Shown in pieces: positions 1 to 8,767 of a stretch of 64,000 nucleotides of DNA (position 1 is the stretch's first letter; each line of letters begins with the position of its first letter). The notes beneath the pieces are model-generated. The model saw only the letters and a list, made by a program, of their open reading frames with translations. It did no database searches and was not told where the DNA came from. Position numbers and translations under genes: made by a program. The DNA comes from Methanotrichaceae archaeon (GTDB lineage Archaea > Halobacteriota > Methanosarcinia > Methanotrichales > Methanotrichaceae): positions 87,493-151,492 of the forward strand of contig CAVVKN010000018.1 in assembly GCA_963748825.1 (NCBI GenBank). Direction: 5' to 3'.

Positions 1-2406
1 GTGGCTGAATGCAGTAATATTCACAGCCTCAATATTAGAGCGAACATCGATGGTGTAGTTCTTCGTTCTTTGGGCATAACCGTTCCCGGTCTCAATATTG
101 AACATCCACTTGCCTGGCGTTAGCATCTGCACTCGCACATCATAGAGCCGATCAGGCTCGATATCTGTGATCCTGGTGCTGCCGGTTCTTTTGTCCGGGC
201 TGTAGAGGTTTAGGGCGGTGTAACTTGCGTCACGGTTAAGGTTCCAGGATATGTTCGTTCTGCCCGAGTAGATCCAGGTGGGGTAGGTCAGGTTGATTAC
301 CGGCTCGTCATCCACATTTTCCAGGGTATGGTTATAGGAAAAACCCTCGTATGCGGCCGTAGCCCCGGTGTCCAGCCGCTCTTCCCAGCCAGAGTCCATG
401 GGGTAGAGCAGTTCTACATCTACATTCAGACTGGCAGACTTGTCCGGCTCAAGCCTGTTTATATTCCAGCGAAGCATGGACCCGTTGAGGAATGCATTAA
501 TGGCATCCGAAGGCTTCCCGCTATAGGGATCGGTAACATTTGCCTCGCCCTTTTGTGGCTGGGGCCATTTTATGAGCCTGCCCATGGGGAAGATGTCCAG
601 CAATCGCACATCTTTCAGCACATCTTTGCCGGTATTGCTCATAGTGATGTTGAGCCTTACAATCTCTCCCAGCTCCTCTGCCGGCACCTGGCTTGGGCTT
701 ATTTCGGTTCTTATCAGCAGATCATCAACAAATGTTCGCTCTACTACGGGATTTGGCACAGGCTGCAGAAGCGAGAGATCATGAGAGTTGGCAAAGACCA
801 CCATGTTCGGACTATCTCCCCTTTTATTCATCTGCTCGATAAGGAATTCGGAATTTCCCTCATGCAAGGTAATGTTCATTTGGCTCAGGTTCTGCCTCAC
901 AACTGGCGAGATTGGACCTACAATCACAGCCTCTTTGACATTCAGGCGTGATAATGCGCTAGCCGTCTCATCTGGCAGTGATCTGTCCACGAAGAGGAGC
1001 GGCCAATTTAGATAAGAGGCAATTGGAGCAGCAACAAGGGCCGCGCTGTAATTTTCGCCTACAATTACGGCTCCCGGCGAGCTTTTCCAGTAACGGCTTA
1101 TCTTTTCTGCCATCTCAAAGCTGTTATTTGCCTGCACCGCTGCATCGCAATTCCAGGAGACTTCTCCAATGGCAAGAGTCTTTCCGCCTAACTGGCCTAG
1201 TAGCCAGTGCGCGGCTAATGAAGGAGGCTGCAGCTCCGACCAAACGGGTGTATGAACGACGTTATACTCGAAGGCAACTCCTGCTGCGCCGGATTTTATG
1301 AGGTCCTCGATATACTTCACCGCGCCCTCTACATTCTGAGTAGAGAGAACGTATGCGAGGTAATCATCGCTCAAACGGACATAAACCGGTTTTTTGCTGA
1401 GAATGCAGGCCTGTCCTGCATCCTGGGCGGAGAGTGGGGATATTAAGGAAAAGTCCGTTACCTTTGAGATCTCGGCGAAGTTGTAGCCCCGGATGCGATC
1501 GAAGGGATTGTCAAAAGCCACGCCAAGCTTCACAGGACCCAAATCAGTGGTTATATTTCGGGCATAATTTACAATTTGCATGAGCTGATCCTGCTTCCAC
1601 TGCGTCCATCTCGCCTGGTTGTAGCTATTAATATTGACTTTGCTGAGATCTATGCCTGTATCCTGATAGAACTTCTCCTTGCAGACGTTGCAGTAGCAAT
1701 AATTCTCATCCTGAAAGCCAAAATGATAAAGCACAACGCCATCGACCTTGTAGTCGTCTATCAGCGTTTCGATCAGATTGTAGAGATTATCCCTCACCTC
1801 TTGGTTAGCAGGACAAAAAAGGGCGGCTTTGCCGCCGATTTCGGGATTTGCCACCTGAAGCAAGCTTTTATCGATCCTGGAATCGTCAGTCACTGGTAGG
1901 TCAAGGCCTGCCTCTGCAAGCATGGCTTTCCTGGCCTGCGGCAATTCTTTTATATCTCCTGCTGCCCCCGGCTCGGAGATAACGGGAATCTCAAGAGTTG
2001 CTGTAATGTAAGCTTTCAGACCGTCTTTGTGGGCTGCTTCAACCAGAGCTTTTACCTGATCTCCTGTTCCATGGATAGTTATGGTGCTGATATTTGCCGC
2101 CTTAAATGTGTTAAGGATTGCAGAAGCACCATATCTTTGCAGATCGCTCTCTTCAACCCAGCCGTTTCTATCCCCGGCCTGGACCGCTTTGGGAAGAATC
2201 AACATAGGCAATGCTCTGGTCTCATTTTCTTCAGACCAGATAGCAAGAGGTGTAGCTGCAATGGGTGCATGCCAATCGCCTGATCCGACTAAAATCACAT
2301 CCTCCAGGTCGCCCTTAACTCCTCTTTCCAAGGGTGCTTCCTCTGCGAAGCATTGCCCTGTAATGGACATGATTGCTATGAATAGTATTAGATATTGCAG
2401 CCTCAC
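1..2406 (-). CDS. Large secreted/surface protein (signal peptide, GH-like TIM-barrel region, cell-wall-binding-2-like segment, DUF11-like Ig domain); runs off the window start
   Basis: Absent from the ORF track (no stop in window). Manual minus-strand translation is open from GTG at 2406 (GTGA overlap with the upstream stop) to base 1: VRLQYLILFIAIMSITGQCFA..., FCPANQEVRDNLYNLIETLIDDYKVDGVVL...NYCYCNVC, VGENYSAALVAAPIASYLNWPLLFV. Confidence 0.75.
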   Translation of the reverse strand, partial: MRLQYLILFIAIMSITGQCFAEEAPLERGVKGDLEDVILVGSGDWHAPIAATPLAIWSEENETRALPMLILPKAVQAGDRNGWVEESDLQRYGASAILNTFKAANISTITIHGTGDQVKALVEAAHKDGLKAYITATLEIPVISEPGAAGDIKELPQARKAMLAEAGLDLPVTDDSRIDKSLLQVANPEIGGKAALFCPANQEVRDNLYNLIETLIDDYKVDGVVLYHFGFQDENYCYCNVCKEKFYQDTGIDLSKVNINSYNQARWTQWKQDQLMQIVNYARNITTDLGPVKLGVAFDNPFDRIRGYNFAEISKVTDFSLISPLSAQDAGQACILSKKPVYVRLSDDYLAYVLSTQNVEGAVKYIEDLIKSGAAGVAFEYNVVHTPVWSELQPPSLAAHWLLGQLGGKTLAIGEVSWNCDAAVQANNSFEMAEKISRYWKSSPGAVIVGENYSAALVAAPIASYLNWPLLFVDRSLPDETASALSRLNVKEAVIVGPISPVVRQNLSQMNITLHEGNSEFLIEQMNKRGDSPNMVVFANSHDLSLLQPVPNPVVERTFVDDLLIRTEISPSQVPAEELGEIVRLNITMSNTGKDVLKDVRLLDIFPMGRLIKWPQPQKGEANVTDPYSGKPSDAINAFLNGSMLRWNINRLEPDKSASLNVDVELLYPMDSGWEERLDTGATAAYEGFSYNHTLENVDDEPVINLTYPTWIYSGRTNISWNLNRDASYTALNLYSPDKRTGSTRITDIEPDRLYDVRVQMLTPGKWMFNIETGNGYAQRTKNYTIDVRSNIEAVNITAFSH

Positions 2407-3989
2407 GATTTCACCTCTTCTGTTTTGACGCCTGCATCTTGTAGTGGCTTCGTATACTCTGCTCCAATCTCTCCCACGGTCATCGCCCTGGAGAGGGTAA
2501 CATTTCTTTTGGTCATTTCCGCTATGGCGGCCCTGGCATTCTCGGTCACATCGCCCTCGCATACCACGATTGGCGCGCCTGTCATCTTGGCCGTCTGATA
2601 GGCCCTGAATATGTCAGCTGGCCTGGATCCGGATAAGACCACCTCTGCAGTTCCATTCTGCCAGATTTCTGCGGCAAAGAGCCAGCACTCTTCGTAAAGG
2701 CTATTTCCATCAATGCGCTTGATTTCGACTCCGTCCAATACTTTTTCGGCGTCTTTAGTGACGATGGATTGATTGCCCAAAATCACAATCCGGGAATAGT
2801 CCTGCAGCTTCTCCTGATCCATTTCACTTAATTTGCCCGGAGGAACGGTAATTATGTCGAAATAAGCAGTTCCATTGCTCAAGCTGCTTATAGATGCGAT
2901 AGTGCTATAGAGGAATTCATCTCCCGTCAAAATGGCATTGCCTTGCGGCAAGATCACTTTGATGGATGCTATCTCTTCCGGCATTGGAATGCCCTGGGAG
3001 TCCATGAGCCGGAAGACAAGCGGATAGTCGCCTGCAGTCGAAGCCAGCAGGGTGAAATTGGCTATGCCAGGGCTATGCGGGCTAACATCTACCGTCTGGG
3101 CTAAAGGTATGACCATAAGCTCAGGAGGCGTTACTATTCCTACCATTACCTTCTCCTTAACATCCAGCATGATGTTGAAGGAGCCTTTGTAGGTCTTGTT
3201 GGTCACTATTTTTTCCGGGACCTTGATTTCCACGTTGTAGCCCCGAACAGCCACGGCAAAATCAACCACCGCCTCAACAGAAGAATTTTTGGACTGGTTG
3301 CCCAAAGATGTGGCTACGATTGAAAGATTGCCTTTCTTGCCGGGTTTGACTGTTTCCACTTGCAGCTTCATGGTATGGGTTGTGCCCGGGTCTAATGGCA
3401 AGTCGTAGGGAAAGTCGAGCGTTTTATCTCCATCCAGCAAGCTCACGCTCCACCCATCCGGCAGTGTCCCGGCGTCGATAGAGGCCACATCCCTAAAAGC
3501 GCCCAGGTTTTTAACAGCCAGATCGAATTGAGCGATATCTTCGGCATTGGCAGAAAGCTCAGCAGACTTGGCATCATCAATGGTCATGCCAATGCCATAG
3601 CTCTCCTGTCCGATGACAGTGAGAACGAAGTCTATTCTCATTGGCAGCGAGGGAGGTGCGCTGTCCAGTAAATATATAAATCCGGTGTAAGTTCCCGGTT
3701 TCGTCTCAGGAGGCAGGATAAAGTAGATCTTAATCTCTGCTTTATCCTGAGGCATGAGCGGTTTTTCTTCGGGCATGTCCAGAAATATGTAATCCCTGGC
3801 AGTTCCGCTCATCTCGGTTTTTGAGATCTTGAAGATTGTCGCATCTCCAATATTGGTTACCTTAAGCGTTCTCTCCTCCAGGTCACCGGAATGGAGCACA
3901 ACATCAAATCTTTCCTTGTCTGCTGTCAGCTGGGCGGAGCTGGCGGCAATCAGCAGGAATAGAATAATAATCGGGTATATCTGCCTCAT
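2403..3989 (-). CDS. Secreted protein with Ig-like/NPCBM-associated domains and a C-terminal cell-wall-binding-2-like region
   Basis: 528 aa ORF; signal peptide; Ig-like motifs (LKVTNIGD, VKNLG...LPDGWSV); alpha/beta C-terminus (IVILGNQSIV, GAPIVV). Confidence 0.7.
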   Translation of the reverse strand: MRQIYPIIILFLLIAASSAQLTADKERFDVVLHSGDLEERTLKVTNIGDATIFKISKTEMSGTARDYIFLDMPEEKPLMPQDKAEIKIYFILPPETKPGTYTGFIYLLDSAPPSLPMRIDFVLTVIGQESYGIGMTIDDAKSAELSANAEDIAQFDLAVKNLGAFRDVASIDAGTLPDGWSVSLLDGDKTLDFPYDLPLDPGTTHTMKLQVETVKPGKKGNLSIVATSLGNQSKNSSVEAVVDFAVAVRGYNVEIKVPEKIVTNKTYKGSFNIMLDVKEKVMVGIVTPPELMVIPLAQTVDVSPHSPGIANFTLLASTAGDYPLVFRLMDSQGIPMPEEIASIKVILPQGNAILTGDEFLYSTIASISSLSNGTAYFDIITVPPGKLSEMDQEKLQDYSRIVILGNQSIVTKDAEKVLDGVEIKRIDGNSLYEECWLFAAEIWQNGTAEVVLSGSRPADIFRAYQTAKMTGAPIVVCEGDVTENARAAIAEMTKRNVTLSRAMTVGEIGAEYTKPLQDAGVKTEEVKS

Positions 3990-4148
3990 CTAACACCACA
4001 CGATGGCATACGCCGGATTTTACTACTGTAAGTATCCCACTACGTTCCCCATTTATAAATCCTCTCTCAAAGGAATAAATAATAAGCTTCTCCTCTCGAC
4101 GGGCTAGTTTATATCTGTTATGCATCAGAACAACAGGTCGGTGTTTCC

Positions 4149-4640
4149 TTGGATCGAGAGAAAGCCTTTCTGGTGGCCACGCCCTTCAAGAAGCGTGGCA
4201 AGACAAGCCTGAAGATCAGCGACTTTATCTTTGCTCTATCCCTCGACCTGAAATGGGGGCCGCCGGAGAAGGTGCGCGCCCTCCTCCGGGAAGCGGAAGC
4301 TGAAGGCATGGTTAAGATGGAAGGTGAGATGGTAAATGCGATCTTTGATGCTGCGGCAGTGGATGTTCCCCTGGGATTCAAGCCGTCCACGGAGGAGGGC
4401 ATACTGGATCAGGGAATAAGGCTCATCACCTCCCATACTGGCATGAGCCGAAAAGAGGTCATTGCTCTTGCCAATGAGAAACAGGATTCCCTGAAAAAGC
4501 TGGTGGAGCTGGACGGCGTGGTGCTGCTGATCGCCAGAGAGATGGGCATCGATGTCTGCGAACTGGCTACTATTGCCTACGAGAACCTGCTGGCTCGCGG
4601 CAAGGAAGAGAAGAGCATTTCAGCCCGTCCGGAATCGTAA
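4149..4640 (+). CDS. DUF2240-family protein
   Basis: 163 aa; PFKKRGK...DFIFALSLDLKW motif typical of this archaeal family. Confidence 0.7.
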   Translation: MDREKAFLVATPFKKRGKTSLKISDFIFALSLDLKWGPPEKVRALLREAEAEGMVKMEGEMVNAIFDAAAVDVPLGFKPSTEEGILDQGIRLITSHTGMSRKEVIALANEKQDSLKKLVELDGVVLLIAREMGIDVCELATIAYENLLARGKEEKSISARPES

Positions 4641-4674
4641 GATTAATCTTCCATGGGGAAGGGACAGGGGATTT

Positions 4675-6024
4675 ATGACTCCCAGGGTTCTGTTCACAAC
4701 CATTTATAGAAAGGGCTCCGAGCCTTATGACTACATCGGAGCCAATACCAGGTCATGGTTCAGATTCTACTGGCCGCGCATCCAATCCTTCGGCCTGAGA
4801 TTTCTAAAGCAGAACATTCCCGAGCTGGAGATCCTGGAGTTTCCCACCTGGGATGAGTACCAGAAGAAGCTGCAAGAGGGCTGGGATGTAGTGGGGCTCT
4901 CCTTTTACCTGAGCGAGACCCATGAAGCCATGGAGATGGTGGATGCGGCGCGCGCCGCTGGAGCCGGCGAGGTTTGGGCGGGGAACTATGGCGCGCTGAC
5001 CACTGCGGTGCAGGACAGGTTCGATAGGATCTTCGTGGGCTACTCAGAGCGCGAGCTTGCCCCCTATTTCGGACGGCAGATCAAGGACATAATTCACCCT
5101 CCGCTCATCGAGTATCTCAACACGCCCTTCAATATCAAGCTGAACATTTACGGAGTGCTGTTCACCACGCGCGGCTGCCCGGTAGGCTGCAAATTCTGCC
5201 AGACGCCGGTCTTCTGCAATAAGCCCAATATCATCTCGCTGCAAAGCATCGAACGAGTTTTGGCCTACTATAAAGAGCACGGAATCAATGTCGTTTTGAT
5301 TGAGGATGAGAACTTCGGATGCAATCGCCGCCATGCCGATGCAGTCGTAGAGCTTTTGGACAAGTATCAGATGGTATGGGGATGCATGGCGCGGGCTGAT
5401 TATCTGAGAACGAAGATCGATGACTGGGCGGATATGAGGAAGAAGAACGGCAGAAAGGTGTCCGGCTTTGGGGGGGCGGCCATCGGCATCGAGAACTTGC
5501 ATCAAGAGCGCCTGGACCAGATGAAGAAGAAGGAAGGCACCGAGGACATTTTAGAGACGCTGCGCATGCTGCAAGCAAGAAATCTTGGCACCGTGGGTTA
5601 TTACATGATTGGCTTTGAGGAAGACACCAAGGAGTCGCTACGTGAGGACATAAAGAAGCTGGCGGCACTGAAACTGGACATAACCCAGATCTGCGTCATA
5701 ACCCCTCTGCCCCAGACGCCCATGTGGACGGAGATCGAGGAGAAGTTCGGCATCTGGGATCACGACTATCATCACCACGACGGCAAGCACATGGTCTGGA
5801 ATCATCCTCGCATCAAGCCCGAGGAGTTTCCGGGCATACTGGACTGGTCATTCAAGCAGGTCCATCCCTGGCATGCGCCTCTACGCACCTCGGCTAGGGT
5901 TTGGACCAACGCCTATCGCTACGGTGGCTGGAACGGAGTGAAAGAGGTTGCCGGCTACATCAGCCGGGCCAACAAGTTCGACTGGAATGCGGGCCTTCGG
6001 CTGCTGGAAGTGAGTGAGAGTTAA
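4675..6024 (+). CDS. Radical SAM protein with B12-binding-like N-terminal domain
   Basis: TTRGCPVGCKFC (CxxxCxxC), IEDENF, DVVGLS; likely start is ATG 4675. Confidence 0.85.
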   Translation: MTPRVLFTTIYRKGSEPYDYIGANTRSWFRFYWPRIQSFGLRFLKQNIPELEILEFPTWDEYQKKLQEGWDVVGLSFYLSETHEAMEMVDAARAAGAGEVWAGNYGALTTAVQDRFDRIFVGYSERELAPYFGRQIKDIIHPPLIEYLNTPFNIKLNIYGVLFTTRGCPVGCKFCQTPVFCNKPNIISLQSIERVLAYYKEHGINVVLIEDENFGCNRRHADAVVELLDKYQMVWGCMARADYLRTKIDDWADMRKKNGRKVSGFGGAAIGIENLHQERLDQMKKKEGTEDILETLRMLQARNLGTVGYYMIGFEEDTKESLREDIKKLAALKLDITQICVITPLPQTPMWTEIEEKFGIWDHDYHHHDGKHMVWNHPRIKPEEFPGILDWSFKQVHPWHAPLRTSARVWTNAYRYGGWNGVKEVAGYISRANKFDWNAGLRLLEVSES

Positions 6025-6039
6025 GGATGAAGGAAATCG

Positions 6040-7506
6040 ATGAAGATATTACTACTATCCTCTCCCGTAGTTCAGCTCGACTTTGACCGCATCGCTCGCG
6101 TGCCTAACCTGGGCCTCGCTTCATTGGCGGCGCATGTAGATGATCTATGCACGGTTCATGTAGCTGATATCCACGGCCTGAAAAACCACCGGGAATATAT
6201 GAGCAAGATCGTAAACGGCTACGATCTGATTGGCCTGACCGCTATGAGCTTTCAGTATCATGAGGCCCTGGCCCTGGCAAAGATTGCCAAGCAGGCAGGC
6301 GCAGAGACTGTTTTCGGCGGCTATCATCCCACGCTTGCGGCAGAAGAGATTGGCAATAGCACGGATGCTGCGCTCATCGACTACATTGTGCGCGGGGAAG
6401 GCGAGGCCACCTTCCGAGTGTTGGTAGAGGCCCTGTTGGCCGGAAAAAGCCCTCGGGGCATACTGGGCCTCTCCTACCACGAGGGCGAAGGGATAGGGGA
6501 AGGAATGGTCCATAATCCCCCAAGACCTCTGCTCAAGGTGGAAGAGATCAAAATGCCCAAAAGGGATGCGCGCCTCATCACCAAGGGCTTTTACAGCTTT
6601 GATGTGCCCATCGACTGCGTGGAGACCAGCCGGGGCTGCACGCAGGGCTGTAAGTTCTGCTCCATCAATCTCATGTATGGTCGCCGCTTCCGGCGCTTTC
6701 CCATTGAAAGGGTGATCGAAGATATCCGGGACGCCGAAGCGCACGGGGCAGGCTCCATCTTCTTCCCGGACGACAACATCACCCTGGACCCTAAGAGGCT
6801 GGAGAGGCTCTGCCAGGCCATCATCGATGCCGGGCTTACTCATCTGCGCTACAAGACGCAGGCTTCCGCCTCGGGCATTGCATCGAGCAAGCAGTTAGTG
6901 GACAAGATGGGCGAGGCAGGCTTTGATGGCGTCTTTTTGGGAGTGGAGAGCATCAACAAGAGGAACCTGGAGTTCCTGGGCAAGGGCAAGATGTCCAATG
7001 ATGCCGAGAAAGCCGTGCAGTACCTGCATGATAATAATATTATTGTCTCTACAGGCCTGATCGGTGGAAATCCCGATGACGATGAGGAGGACCTGTGGGA
7101 GAACTTTAAGCTGGCACGCAGGCTCAAAGTTGACTTTCCCATCTTCTACATCTCCACGCCCTACCCCAAGACAGAGATGCGTGCAGAGCTGGAGGAGATG
7201 GGCTTGGTCACCAACAGCGACTTCACCAGGTACGACGGGCTGCATGCCAATTTAAAGACCAAGAACCTCTCCGAAGAAGAGGTGCAGTACATCACCTGGC
7301 AGATGAACGCCCGCTACTACGATTTGGAATGGCTGCGGTACAACAAAGTCAAGCGCATCTATCCCAAGTGGTTTGCCCGCGAAATCCGAAGGCTGGCACC
7401 CTTTTACGCCAGGAGAAAGCTGGACCTGGCGCTGGGAAGGAGAACGCCGCGGGATTTCTTCCAGGAGGATCTGGCGAGCGGGGAGCTGTGCAAGGGAGTG
7501 ACCTAG
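6040..7506 (+). CDS. Cobalamin-binding radical SAM protein (class B methyltransferase-like)
   Basis: PNLGLASLAA, GGYHPT, VRGEGE, ETSRGCTQGCKFC, FPDDN motifs. Confidence 0.9.
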   Translation: MKILLLSSPVVQLDFDRIARVPNLGLASLAAHVDDLCTVHVADIHGLKNHREYMSKIVNGYDLIGLTAMSFQYHEALALAKIAKQAGAETVFGGYHPTLAAEEIGNSTDAALIDYIVRGEGEATFRVLVEALLAGKSPRGILGLSYHEGEGIGEGMVHNPPRPLLKVEEIKMPKRDARLITKGFYSFDVPIDCVETSRGCTQGCKFCSINLMYGRRFRRFPIERVIEDIRDAEAHGAGSIFFPDDNITLDPKRLERLCQAIIDAGLTHLRYKTQASASGIASSKQLVDKMGEAGFDGVFLGVESINKRNLEFLGKGKMSNDAEKAVQYLHDNNIIVSTGLIGGNPDDDEEDLWENFKLARRLKVDFPIFYISTPYPKTEMRAELEEMGLVTNSDFTRYDGLHANLKTKNLSEEEVQYITWQMNARYYDLEWLRYNKVKRIYPKWFAREIRRLAPFYARRKLDLALGRRTPRDFFQEDLASGELCKGVT

Positions 7507-7552
7507 TCAGAAGCAATAATTATTTACATAAGGCAGTTGTATTATCTGATAG

Positions 7553-7747
7553 ATGAAAACGAAAACCCGTGCGGTATTCGAAGATGGTATTTTAAGACCC
7601 TTAGAACGACTTAATTTGAAACAGGGCGAAGTGGTAGAAATAGAGATCTCCAATGCAGTTCGTAGATCTAAAGGCATCATAAAGATCGATGCAAAGCTGG
7701 GAAGAGAAATAGCAGAAAGCGATGAGTTTTCCTGCCTGGAAAGTTAG
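7553..7747 (+). CDS. Antitoxin, AF2212/DUF104-like
   Basis: 64 aa; AVFEDGILRPLERLNLKQGEVVEIEI; abuts a PIN toxin gene. Confidence 0.8.
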   Translation: MKTKTRAVFEDGILRPLERLNLKQGEVVEIEISNAVRRSKGIIKIDAKLGREIAESDEFSCLES

Positions 7748-8239
7748 ATGCTAGATACTATCCTTCCCGGAAGCAAAATCTTTATTGATTCAAATATAAT
7801 GATCTATCATTTTCTTGATCTTTCAGAGAGCTGTTCAATTCTCCTCGAACGAGTCGAGCACGGTGAGGTTCAAGCTTATATTTCCACAGTTGTGCAGGCT
7901 GAGGTCTTGCATAGATTGATGATATCAGAAGCGGTGGATAAATTCGGGATCAAACCCAACCAGGCGGTAAGATATCTGAAGGAGCATCCTCGTGCCATTG
8001 CATCCTTGGATAAGTGCGAGATTGCCTTAGCAGATATCCTTGAGTTCAATATCGAGGTCATATGCATGGGAAGAGAAGCAATAATCAAGAGCCAGAATTT
8101 TAGAGAATGCTACGGTTTAATGACCAATGACTCCTTGAACTTTTATGCGATGAAGAAAGAAGGGCTCAGAATAATTGCCACCAATGACAGAGATTTCGAG
8201 CGTATTGATGGGATCGAGGTCTGGAGACCAAATGTTTGA
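7748..8239 (+). CDS. vapC: PIN-domain (VapC-type) toxin
   Basis: FIDSNIMIY, EVLH, LMTNDS, IATNDRDFERI PIN motifs. Confidence 0.85.
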   Translation: MLDTILPGSKIFIDSNIMIYHFLDLSESCSILLERVEHGEVQAYISTVVQAEVLHRLMISEAVDKFGIKPNQAVRYLKEHPRAIASLDKCEIALADILEFNIEVICMGREAIIKSQNFRECYGLMTNDSLNFYAMKKEGLRIIATNDRDFERIDGIEVWRPNV

Positions 8240-8278
8240 AATGCAGCTACTGGCGTACTTTAATGTCTCGGAGCTACC

Positions 8279-8485
8279 TCAATCTCCTCTCCACTCCTGG
8301 ATCTTGTGTTGCAGTTCCACCGATGTGTACCGATCCTTTATGTCTTCCAAAGCTCCTCTCCAATCCAGCTTCAAGCGGCCTTTTGGCTTTCTGCCTCGTT
8401 TCTCCATCAGGAACTTTGCGAAATCGGCAACCTCTTGATGGAGATCAGGAGGAAGCTCTTTGATTACTTCTTCCGGCTCTGACAT
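8279..8485 (-). CDS. DUF2281-like small antitoxin-type protein
   Basis: 68 aa; LPPDLHQEVADFAKFL...LKLDWRGAL...TSVELQH. Confidence 0.7.
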   Translation of the reverse strand: MSEPEEVIKELPPDLHQEVADFAKFLMEKRGRKPKGRLKLDWRGALEDIKDRYTSVELQHKIQEWRGD

Positions 8486-8767
8486 GGAAATAACATCCTA
8501 TCTGTGAAGTAAGACTTCATCTTTTTTCAAGATCAATATAACGATCATACGCTTCGAATTATGATAAAAATATATTAGACATCTTAATTCGGCTTGGTAT
8601 ATCCTGTGCCTTCCGCCTGCTCCACGCTCTTTTCCATGGTGATCTCCCGATAAAGTCCGCCTTCCATTTTCCTGCCGCATTCTGATCCACTTTGTTTCCC
8701 TCTTCAGGCCGTTTTTGCAGGAAGATCGACATATTGATTAGCGATAGTAACCGTAAGCCGCCTTGAT

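Noticed and set aside
328-2598. Plus-strand ORFs in the first 2.6 kb
   Set aside because: Antisense shadows of the long minus-strand surface-protein genes.
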